Positions 16,605-24,000 of a DNA stretch of 24,000 nucleotides are shown here, one piece after another. A model generated the notes under the pieces. The model had not been told where the DNA came from. It saw only the letters and a list, made by a program, of their open reading frames with translations, and made no database searches. The position numbers and the translations under genes were made by a program. This DNA is from Fervidibacillus albus (GTDB lineage Bacteria; Bacillota; Bacilli; Bacillales; Caldibacillaceae). Within the stretch, counting starts at the first letter, position 1; each line of letters opens with the position of its first letter. The DNA lies in assembly GCF_026547225.1 (NCBI RefSeq), contig NZ_CP106878.1:2155159-2179158 (forward strand). The letters are read 5' to 3'.

Positions 16605-16630
16605 TATACCGAATGTCGTTTTCATGTCAA
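16603..16630 (-). promoter_or_regulatory. Near-consensus sigma-A promoter of czrA-cadA
   Basis: On the minus strand: TTGACA (16630-16625), a 16-nt spacer, then TATAAT (16608-16603). Confidence 0.75.
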
Positions 16631-16818
16631 CGAAATCCGCCCGAATGAAACGAATTTCCTTTTCTTTTTTCGTTATTTAATTTCATCAATCGACATCATA
16701 CCTATTAATTTGACACTCCGGTTGTGTTCCATAATAATTTGATTTCAGTCATTCGTTCGGGGCGAACACAGTTGTGTTTGTAATATTTTAAGGTTTAGCA
16801 CACGATTTTGATTTTCGA

Positions 16819-16846
16819 TAGACTTTTTTACTATATTTGATACAAT
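16819..16846 (+). promoter_or_regulatory. Candidate extended -10 promoter for the diguanylate cyclase gene
   Basis: TAGACT (16819-16824), a 16-nt spacer that includes TG (16838-16839), then TACAAT (16841-16846). This implies a 5'UTR of about 150 nt. An additional TTGACA lies at 16710-16715. Confidence 0.45.
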
Positions 16847-17004
16847 GAATGATAGTTACAAAGTCCTAATAACTGGAAATATTTTCTATTATATTTGTCA
16901 GAATGTTTGTTCATTAGGCAAAAGGACTGTTTTCTTTGTTCAATTTGTACACGGTTCATCGTTTTATGCAACCGATTGTATTTTTAAAATAGGAGCGAGG
17001 ATTT

Positions 17005-18564
17005 ATGTCCACGAAAAATACCTTTTTAAAACCGAATGCGTTTCTTCTTTTTATCGTCATTTATACAACCGTATATTTCATCTTAATCCTTTTGTTCCGC
17101 GAAAATAAGTTTCAACAATTCAGTATAGGAATCTGGTCGTTGTTATCCCCAGCGATTACATCGATGCTCCTTTATCGTCAATGGAAAAGAGAAGATCAAC
17201 GGGAAAGGATGTTTTGGGGATTTTTGTTTTTCGGCTCGATTTCTTATTTCATCGGGCAATGTTTGACGACCGTCTATCATTTCCTTTTTTTCAATGACCC
17301 GTCCTATCCGAGCATTGTTGACATCTTTTTCCTTCTACATTTAATTCTTTTCCTTCTAGGGTTCATCTCATTCGTCAGTCGTTATGAGAACAAAATAGGA
17401 ATGAGTGTCGTCTTTACTGATATTTTCATTACTATCATCGTCCTTTCAATCATTTGTTGGCTTTTATTCATTGAACCAATCTATTCATTGAATCCGGCAC
17501 CCCGATTCGAGATAATCGTTTCCATCGCTTATCCTTTATTCGCATTGCTTATTTTATTCGGTTTATTCCATATCCGTTTTTTATTGAATAGTAAACCGTT
17601 TTCTTCCTTGACGATGAATAGCTTGACGGTTGCCACATTCTTAAACTATGTAACAAATTGCCTATTCCTTTATTTTTCAGCCAACGATTTATATTCATTT
17701 GGAAGTATTCTCGATCCCCTTTGGTCGTTAGCGTTGTTATTGATTGGTCTGTCGAGCTTATCTAACCAACCGGTTTACGACAACAGAACGTTTGCTTGGG
17801 TGAAAAAATATTTGAATCAAAATACATTACATATCATGAGCATTATCGCTTTATCTATATTGTTCGTTCCCCACGTGTTAACGACGGACGTATTTCTTTT
17901 CCTGTTTGTCGTCGGAATCTTACTAATTTTATTCAGACAGTTTTTAATGTTGAAACAAAATAAAGAATTGACCAGACTATTGAACGAAACGATGCGAAAA
18001 TTGGAAGTGAAAAACGAAAAGTTAAAAAAAACAGTGAGGAAATTAGAATCATTGAATCGATTACGGGAAATGGAAGCAAAGACCGATTATTTAACCGGTG
18101 TGTATAATCGACGTTTTATCGAACAGTTAATGCATGCTTTTATTAAAGATGCCGACTGCCACGCCACTCCCTTTTCCGTCCTTTTAATCGATGTGGATCA
18201 TTTTAAAAGCGTGAATGACAAATTTGGTCATGATTTAGGTGATAAAATTTTGTTTAAATTCGCCTACTTACTACAACGTACTATTCGGAAATCCGATGTG
18301 GTCGGTCGGCTTGGTGGGGAAGAATTCATCGTTCTTCTACCGAATACGGAAACGAATACCGCTTTTGAAATCGGTGAACAACTTCGGCAATACATCGAAC
18401 AGTATATTTTTCATTTCGATGAAATAGAAATACACATTACGATCAGTGTCGGTGTTGCCTCGTGGAAACCGGGTGATACGTTTGATGATTTATACAAACG
18501 GGTGGATCATGCCCTTTATGAAGCGAAAAATACGCGGAACAAAGTTGTTTGTCACACGTCTTAA
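17005..18564 (+). CDS. Membrane-bound diguanylate cyclase (polytopic N-terminal domain, coiled coil, GGDEF), 519 aa
   Basis: About 9-10 predicted TM helices, then a GGDEF domain with an intact GGEEF active site and an RxxD I-site 5 residues upstream (RKSDVVGRLGGEEF). DVDHFKSVND supplies the metal and substrate residues. AGGAGCGAGGA precedes the ATG. Confidence 0.9.
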   Translation: MSTKNTFLKPNAFLLFIVIYTTVYFILILLFRENKFQQFSIGIWSLLSPAITSMLLYRQWKREDQRERMFWGFLFFGSISYFIGQCLTTVYHFLFFNDPSYPSIVDIFFLLHLILFLLGFISFVSRYENKIGMSVVFTDIFITIIVLSIICWLLFIEPIYSLNPAPRFEIIVSIAYPLFALLILFGLFHIRFLLNSKPFSSLTMNSLTVATFLNYVTNCLFLYFSANDLYSFGSILDPLWSLALLLIGLSSLSNQPVYDNRTFAWVKKYLNQNTLHIMSIIALSILFVPHVLTTDVFLFLFVVGILLILFRQFLMLKQNKELTRLLNETMRKLEVKNEKLKKTVRKLESLNRLREMEAKTDYLTGVYNRRFIEQLMHAFIKDADCHATPFSVLLIDVDHFKSVNDKFGHDLGDKILFKFAYLLQRTIRKSDVVGRLGGEEFIVLLPNTETNTAFEIGEQLRQYIEQYIFHFDEIEIHITISVGVASWKPGDTFDDLYKRVDHALYEAKNTRNKVVCHTS

Positions 18565-18720
18565 CTTCCGATATATAAAAAGGAAGGCCCTTCTCCAATA
18601 CTCTACATAATTTATTTTATTTCGACATTTTTTGAAAAATATTGTATCTTTAAAGTAAGGGAGCATAAGAGATTCTTTTCTTATTTCGGCTATTTTTATT
18701 CGAAGGGCAGGAAAAAAGCG

Positions 18721-21264
18721 ATGAAAAACCGACTTCCTATACATTTGAATAAAAGAGAACAAATTGCGACAACGATGACCATTTTTGTCTTTCTATCTTC
18801 TTATTTCCTCATCGTTTTATTTCAAAATCATCTGTTCATTTACGATGAAAACCATTTTTTGGCTTTACATATTTTATTGGAATTGACTAGTATCATTATC
18901 GCATTTACCATCGCCATCCAAAGTTGGATTTTCTTTCCTTACAGCCGTTTAAAAACCGATTTAAACACGTTCATTGCCTTTTTTTCGATAGGAATATTAG
19001 ATTTTTTCCATATGATGACATATCACGGTATGCCCGGGCTAATCCTAGTTGACAGCTCCGTTAATTTAGCTACGTGGTTTTGGATCATCGCCCGATTTAC
19101 CCAATCGATATTTATGTTCATTTTTATCGCTGGGAAAAATAAGGAAACGGCGAATCAAAGGAAGAAGCCGTTACTATTTTCCTTATTATACGTTTCGTTT
19201 GTCAGTGCCGTTCTCATATTGTCAACAGATACCTTGCCCATTTTAGTTGTCGAAGGGGAAGGTACGACTATGTTGAAAAAGGCACTCGAATACTTTATCG
19301 CCGCTGTCATCGCCCTATCCATCATCCGATTATTTATCCACTATATAAAGGAACGGACGCTTGCAACATTGGATATCATTTTAGCTCTCGTATTTTTATT
19401 AAATAGTGAACTTATTTTTTCATCTTACTTAAGCGTGTACGATTCGATCAATTTACTCGGTCATTTATATAAAATCATCGGATACGTATATTTCATGAAA
19501 GGAATTTACGTAACGAATATGAAAACGCCATTCGAAGCGTTGCTGAAAACGCGGACCGCTTTGCGAAAAAGGGAAAATCAAATTCAAGCAATTACCGACT
19601 CCCTCGGGGAAGGGATTTTTGTCCTCGATAAAAATCGGAAATTGATATTTATTAATCCGGAAGGGGAACGATTGCTCGGATATAAAAAGCAAGAAATCAT
19701 CGGGAAAGAAATTCACAATTTCATCCATGCCCATGGAGAAAACGGGGATCATATGATGGATGCGGAAGATTGTCCGATTCATCGCTGTATACAAGTGAAA
19801 ACGACCGTTCGCACCGATGATGACATTTTCATTCGAAAAGACGGGCAAAAAATGGCCGTATCCTACACCGCAACGCCGCTTATTGAAAATAATGAAATCG
19901 TCGGGTCGGTCGTCGCCTTTCAAAACATTACGCAACAAAAACAATATGTGAAAAAAATAAAACAACAAGCGTACTACGACCTATTAACTGGTTTACCGAA
20001 CCGCCTCTATTTTTTGGAAAAATTGAATGAAGAAATTACAAATGCAACGATTACGGATCAGTTTGCTGTTCTTTACTTTGACTTGGATAATTTTAAAAAT
20101 ATTAATGACTCCTATGGTCATATAGTAGGGGATCGGCTTTTACGATTAATTGGAAAACGGCTCGGTTCCGTCCATCCGGATCTTTTTGTATCCCATAATA
20201 GCGGTGATGAATTTGCCCTTTTTCTCAAAGGAGATAAAAAAGGAGTCGAAAGGGTTGCGAAAAAGTGTATTGAAGTGATCAACCATCCTTTTTCAATCGA
20301 TGGTCTGGAAATTTTCACATCCGCATCGATTGGAATTAGTATGTTTCCATACGATGGGGTCGAAGGAACAAAATTATTACAAGTGGCTGACATCGCCTTG
20401 TACGAAGCAAAGAAAATGGGGAAAAATCGTTATGTATTTTATAATGATGAATTGGAAAAACGAAGAATTCGAACGGCGTGGATTGAACAACATTTGTATA
20501 CTGCCATTTCCAATGGAGAAATTTCTGTTTATTACCAACCGATCGTCGATTTGCATACGAAGGAAATTTTTGGTTTGGAAGCTTTAGCCAGATGGAAACA
20601 TCCGAAGTCCGGCTTTATCCCCCCTTCCGAATTTATACAAGTTGCTGAAAATAACGGATTAATTATTCCCATAGGTACGTTTGTAATGGAAACGGCCGCC
20701 AAAGACTTGCGAAATTTACATAATAGCGGCTTCGACCATCTATATATTAGTATTAATTTGTCGTTAAAACAGCTGAAACATCCAGAGTTTATTCAAAGAA
20801 TCATATCCTTACCTGAAAAATATCAATTGAAACCGGAACATTTTCAATTTGAAATTACGGAAACGGTCGCCTTATTTGAAGATCCCGATTTAGTTCGAAT
20901 CATTCATCAGTTAAAGAACCGACAATTTCGAATCGCGATTGATGATTTCGGAAAGGGATTTTCTTCCATCGGCTATTTGAAACAAATTGCCGTCGATACG
21001 ATCAAAATTGATAAATCCTACGTGTTCGATATTTGCTCAAATGAAGAGACGGCAAAATTAACGAATGCAATCATCGCCATGGCCAATTTCTTGCAATTAA
21101 AAATTATCGCAGAAGGGGTCGAACTGTCTGAACACGTACGATTTTTGAACAAACATCAAAACGTGTTAGGGCAAGGATACTATTTTAGCCGTCCAATTCC
21201 GTTTGATCAAATGAACGACTTCCTTCAAAAGCATACAACAGCAGTAAAATCAGATTGGGGATAA
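18721..21264 (+). CDS. Membrane sensor (MASE3-like) with PAS, GGDEF (SGDEF variant) and EAL domains, 847 aa
   Basis: The N-terminal ~270 aa are polytopic (HILLELTSIIIAFTIAIQSW...DFFHMMTYHGMPG, MASE3-like from memory). A PAS domain follows (ITDSLGEGIFVLDKNRKLIFINPEGERLLGY...VAFQNITQQK). The GGDEF domain has SGDEF (20200-20214) and no RxxD. The EAL domain has EALAR, N, EITE, DDFGKGFSS, KIDK, EGVE and QGY all present. Confidence 0.9.
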   Translation: MKNRLPIHLNKREQIATTMTIFVFLSSYFLIVLFQNHLFIYDENHFLALHILLELTSIIIAFTIAIQSWIFFPYSRLKTDLNTFIAFFSIGILDFFHMMTYHGMPGLILVDSSVNLATWFWIIARFTQSIFMFIFIAGKNKETANQRKKPLLFSLLYVSFVSAVLILSTDTLPILVVEGEGTTMLKKALEYFIAAVIALSIIRLFIHYIKERTLATLDIILALVFLLNSELIFSSYLSVYDSINLLGHLYKIIGYVYFMKGIYVTNMKTPFEALLKTRTALRKRENQIQAITDSLGEGIFVLDKNRKLIFINPEGERLLGYKKQEIIGKEIHNFIHAHGENGDHMMDAEDCPIHRCIQVKTTVRTDDDIFIRKDGQKMAVSYTATPLIENNEIVGSVVAFQNITQQKQYVKKIKQQAYYDLLTGLPNRLYFLEKLNEEITNATITDQFAVLYFDLDNFKNINDSYGHIVGDRLLRLIGKRLGSVHPDLFVSHNSGDEFALFLKGDKKGVERVAKKCIEVINHPFSIDGLEIFTSASIGISMFPYDGVEGTKLLQVADIALYEAKKMGKNRYVFYNDELEKRRIRTAWIEQHLYTAISNGEISVYYQPIVDLHTKEIFGLEALARWKHPKSGFIPPSEFIQVAENNGLIIPIGTFVMETAAKDLRNLHNSGFDHLYISINLSLKQLKHPEFIQRIISLPEKYQLKPEHFQFEITETVALFEDPDLVRIIHQLKNRQFRIAIDDFGKGFSSIGYLKQIAVDTIKIDKSYVFDICSNEETAKLTNAIIAMANFLQLKIIAEGVELSEHVRFLNKHQNVLGQGYYFSRPIPFDQMNDFLQKHTTAVKSDWG

Positions 21265-21286
21265 GGACGCTTCTCCTTTTCGTATA

Positions 21287-22018
21287 TTAGACAATCCCTA
21301 CTTTTTCCAAAGGCTTCGGTTTCCCTAAATGATAACCTTGACCAAATCTTACTCCGATTTGTTGAGCTACGTGGAGATCGTCCGCATTCTCAATTCCTTC
21401 TAACACGACATCGACGTCATTCATTCCTATATTGGTGAACATGTTTAACAGTTTTTGCTTTTTTTCATTTTTATGTAAGCCAGAAGCAAAATATTTATCG
21501 ATTTTCACTAAATTCGGTTCCAATTCTAAATACATTTTGAACGAAGAATACCCTTTCCCTAAATCATCCAATGCAATTTTATAACCTCGTTCCTTCAACT
21601 GTTTCGTTACTATTTTTAATTGACTGATATCATCTGTATTTTCCGCCTCATTGATTTCAAACACAATCTTCTCCTGTACATTTTGATGCTTTTCTTCCAG
21701 TTGAAATAAAAATTGTACGAATGTTTTTTTCGTTAATGTGGAGGGAAACACGTTAAGGAACAAACTCCTCTTTTTTTGGTTTGTAGGCAGGTAATAGTCG
21801 TCGAAAATCGTTAACGAATTTTTGATCGATGCTAAATCCAATTCGAACACTTGATTCGTCATATGGGCAAGGTCAAATAATGTTTCAGGGGATGGTACGG
21901 TTTCGCTACGAAAGAGGCTTTCATATCCGATAATTTCATTCGTATCGAGCTCGTAAATGGGCTGGAAATAATTTGTATACGTACGATTTTTAATCATACT
22001 CTCAATAATATTTGCCAC
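21287..22018 (-). CDS. Stand-alone EAL-domain c-di-GMP phosphodiesterase, 243 aa
   Basis: Contains YFQPIYEL...GYESLFR (ESL variant of EAL), LFLNV, FEINE, ALDDLGKGYSS, VKIDK, LEGIE and GQGYHLGKP. The catalytic residue set looks intact. GTG start preceded by AAGGAAGG and a 7-nt spacer. Confidence 0.88.
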   Translation of the reverse strand: MANIIESMIKNRTYTNYFQPIYELDTNEIIGYESLFRSETVPSPETLFDLAHMTNQVFELDLASIKNSLTIFDDYYLPTNQKKRSLFLNVFPSTLTKKTFVQFLFQLEEKHQNVQEKIVFEINEAENTDDISQLKIVTKQLKERGYKIALDDLGKGYSSFKMYLELEPNLVKIDKYFASGLHKNEKKQKLLNMFTNIGMNDVDVVLEGIENADDLHVAQQIGVRFGQGYHLGKPKPLEKVGIV

Positions 22019-22282
22019 AGGTCAACCTTCCTTTTCAATGATTTCTACACGTATCGCTCTTGCCGTCAAAACGAAATAGATCGAATTATGTTGAAAAACG
22101 TACTTTCCTTATATATCGTATGTTTTTCACATTTTTTTACTATTAATGAGTAAATTCCCTTCCCTTTCGGACAAATTCATTATATTTTGAATAAATACTT
22201 TTATTGTGTGTATTTCTCCTCACATACAATAGGAGAAAAGAATCGTTTTTTTAATGAAAAGGATGAATCGACCTTTCAGAAA

Positions 22283-22328
22283 TAAAAAAACTGCCTTAAG
22301 GGATCGATTTCTCGCCCTTTAAGACAGT
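22283..22328 (-). terminator. Rho-independent terminator downstream of adhE
   Basis: Minus strand: ACTGTCTTAAAGGG, a 12-nt loop, then CCCTTAAGGCAGT (one bulge), followed by TTTTTTTATTT. Confidence 0.8.
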
Positions 22329-22348
22329 CGTTCTCTTCACGTTTTATT

Positions 22349-22386
22349 AACGGCCTTAGCCCTTTAAATATAGGACTAAAGCCGTT
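22349..22386 (-). other. Additional 14-bp hairpin between the adhE stop and its terminator
   Basis: Minus strand AACGGCTTTAGTCC pairs with GGGCTAAGGCCGTT. It includes two G-U pairs, so it is better on the minus-strand RNA than on the plus. There is no U-tract (AATAAAACG follows). Confidence 0.5.
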
Positions 22387-22440
22387 TGGATGATTGTATT
22401 ATTTCCACTATCTACTACCGGAGGAAATGGATATTTTTAT

Positions 22441-24000
22441 TTATTTTACGCCTTTATAGGCTTTTCGATAAATTTCTTCTAATTCGCTAACTAACGGTAA
22501 TTTCGGATTAGCCGTTGTACATTGATCTTCAAAGGCGAGGTCAGCAAGTTCAGCTACTTTACTTTCAAATTCCTCCCGATCGATGCCGTTTGCTTCTAAA
22601 CTCATCGGAATATCCAATTCTTTTGCCAAGTTTATGATGGCTTGAATAAGACTTTCCACTCCTTCTTCAGTCGTTCTAGCCGGTAAGCCGAGAATTTGGG
22701 CAATTTCTGCATACCGTTCGTCAGCGATGAAATGTTCATATTTTGGAAATGCGGCAAATTTCGTCGGTTTTGTCGCGTTGTAACGAATGACGTGTGGTAA
22801 CAATACGGTATTTGCACGGCCGTGGGCGATCTTGAAAGCACCGCCGAGTTTATGGGCTAAACTATGATTAATTCCAAGAAAAGCGTTGGAAAATGCCATG
22901 CCAGCGATCGTTGAAGCGTTATGCATTTTTTCTCGAGCCAACTCATCATTTCCATTTTTGTATGCTCGCGGTAAATACTTAAATACGAGTTGAATCGCTT
23001 TGATCGCTAAACCGTCTGTATAATCGTTCGCCATATTGGATACGTACGCTTCAAGAGCATGGGTCAATACGTCCATTCCGGTGTCTGCCGTTACCGTTTT
23101 TGGAACAGACATGACGTACGTCGGATCGATAATGGCCACGTCTGGCGTCATTTCATAGTCGGCCAACGGATATTTAATGTCCAAATCTTTGTCGGTAATA
23201 ACGGAGAAAGATGTTACTTCCGAACCGGTTCCAGATGTCGTTGGAATCGCAACCATTTTCGCCTTTCCACCTAATTGTGGATATTTAAATACCCGTTTCC
23301 GAATATCTAAAAATTTCTGTTTCAAACCGTTAAATTCAATTTCTGGATGTTCATAAAATAGCCACATCGCTTTTGCTGCATCCATTGGAGATCCACCGCC
23401 TAGCGCAATGATGACATCCGGTTGGAAATTGAACATCATTTCTACGCCTTTCATTACCGTGTCGACGGACGGATCCGGTTCCACATCGGAGAAAATTTCG
23501 CAGTGAACGTAATCCGGTCGGTTCCGTAAATGGTATAACACTTTGTCTACATACCCAAGTTTTACCATTCCTGGATCTGTTACGATAAATGCCCGAGATA
23601 TATTTTTCATTTTAGACAAATATTGTGTCGCATTTTTTTCAAAATAAATTTTCGGTGGAACTTTAAACCATTGCATATTTACACGTCTTTTCGCTACCGT
23701 TTTTTTATTGATTAAGTGCGTTGCCCCGACGTTTGTCGATACCGAGTTTCCTCCATAGGTTCCGCAACCTAATGTCAACGACGGGATATATGCGTTATAA
23801 ATATCACCGATGGCTCCTTGGGATGACGGTTGGTTCACGATCACCCGTCCAGCTTTCATACGCCGTCCATATGCTAAAATGACGTCGTCGTTTTCCGAAT
23901 GAATAACAGCGGAGTGACCGAGTCCTCCAAAGGCAAGCATTTGTTCAGCCCGTTCGATTCCTTCTTCCGTACTATTCACTTTAAAGCAAGCCAATACTGG
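22441..24000 (-). CDS. adhE: Bifunctional acetaldehyde-CoA/alcohol dehydrogenase AdhE, C-terminal ~520 codons (5' end beyond the right edge)
   Basis: The end of the ALDH domain and the linker (GGLGHSAVIHS...PSLTLGCGTYGGNSVSTNVGATHLINKKTVAKRRVNMQWFKVPPKIYFE) are followed by an Fe-ADH domain (GGGSPMDAAK, IPTTSGTGSEV, H-rich iron site HALEAY...INHSLAHKLG). The frame stays open to position 24000. Confidence 0.95.
   Translation of the reverse strand, partial: PVLACFKVNSTEEGIERAEQMLAFGGLGHSAVIHSENDDVILAYGRRMKAGRVIVNQPSSQGAIGDIYNAYIPSLTLGCGTYGGNSVSTNVGATHLINKKTVAKRRVNMQWFKVPPKIYFEKNATQYLSKMKNISRAFIVTDPGMVKLGYVDKVLYHLRNRPDYVHCEIFSDVEPDPSVDTVMKGVEMMFNFQPDVIIALGGGSPMDAAKAMWLFYEHPEIEFNGLKQKFLDIRKRVFKYPQLGGKAKMVAIPTTSGTGSEVTSFSVITDKDLDIKYPLADYEMTPDVAIIDPTYVMSVPKTVTADTGMDVLTHALEAYVSNMANDYTDGLAIKAIQLVFKYLPRAYKNGNDELAREKMHNASTIAGMAFSNAFLGINHSLAHKLGGAFKIAHGRANTVLLPHVIRYNATKPTKFAAFPKYEHFIADERYAEIAQILGLPARTTEEGVESLIQAIINLAKELDIPMSLEANGIDREEFESKVAELADLAFEDQCTTANPKLPLVSELEEIYRKAYKGVK

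Noticed and set aside
16853-17004. Possible c-di-GMP riboswitch in the ~150-nt cyclase leader
   Set aside because: The leader is AT-rich and lacks the conserved GEMM-I words (GGCAAACC...GGGACGCAAAGCC) and class II features. Only a weak AGTCCT/AGGACT pairing is visible.
16845-17108. 87-aa plus-strand ORF overlapping the cyclase promoter and start
   Set aside because: Its ATG lies inside the candidate -10 (TACAATG) and has no SD. It overlaps the well-supported cyclase start (17005), which has a strong SD.
22216-22330. TTTCTCCT-N10-AGGAGAAA hairpin (22216-22241) and a 22-codon ORF (MKRMNRPFRNKKTALRDRFLAL)
   Set aside because: The AGGAG is about 18 nt from the ATG, which is too far. The ORF runs through the adhE terminator stem. 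It is most simply promoter or terminator spacer sequence.
1-24000. Searched for CRISPR arrays, rRNA/tRNA genes, prophage or integrase genes, toxin-antitoxin pairs and known defence-system signatures
   Set aside because: No regularly spaced direct repeats, no rRNA or tRNA-like sequence, no integrase or recombinase, and no nuclease, helicase or reverse-transcriptase ORFs. The RHH ORF is paired with an SPFH protein, not a recognisable toxin.

Overview
This looks like a Firmicutes, Bacillaceae-like chromosomal segment. It is AT-rich, roughly 38-40% GC by eye, and is dominated by ion-homeostasis, membrane-organisation and c-di-GMP genes. From left to right:
- feoB (partial, not in the ORF track) and feoA on the minus strand, with a Fur-type box.
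- A divergent P-type IIA (Ca2+-type) ATPase.
- A decayed ISL3-family transposase 3' fragment next to a 109-nt GC-rich palindrome.
- The nfeD-floT flotillin operon (minus).
- A divergent TM-SPFH gene followed by a 58-aa Arc/RHH ORF that is missing from the ORF track.
- A second GC-rich structured element plus a terminator, then a MATE efflux gene.
- mntABCD (minus) with an MntR-type palindrome.
- A czrA-like ArsR/SmtB repressor plus a CadA-type P1B ATPase (minus), with a near-consensus promoter and a 12-2-12-type operator.
- Three c-di-GMP genes: TM-GGDEF, membrane-PAS-GGDEF(SGDEF)-EAL, and a stand-alone EAL.
- The 3' two-thirds of adhE.

I see no rRNA, tRNA, CRISPR array, prophage or recognisable defence system, and no convincing undescribed multi-gene system. 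Four signals remain unexplained:
1. Two oppositely oriented ~100-nt GC-rich elements (4476-4584 and 8408-8510) share collinear sequence blocks.
2. One of them sits with a terminator/alternative-hairpin arrangement in front of the MATE gene.
3. The TM-SPFH + RHH pair lies back-to-back with nfeD-floT.
4. The three c-di-GMP genes are clustered.

Several ORF-track starts are over-extended. I re-set them from Shine-Dalgarno spacing.
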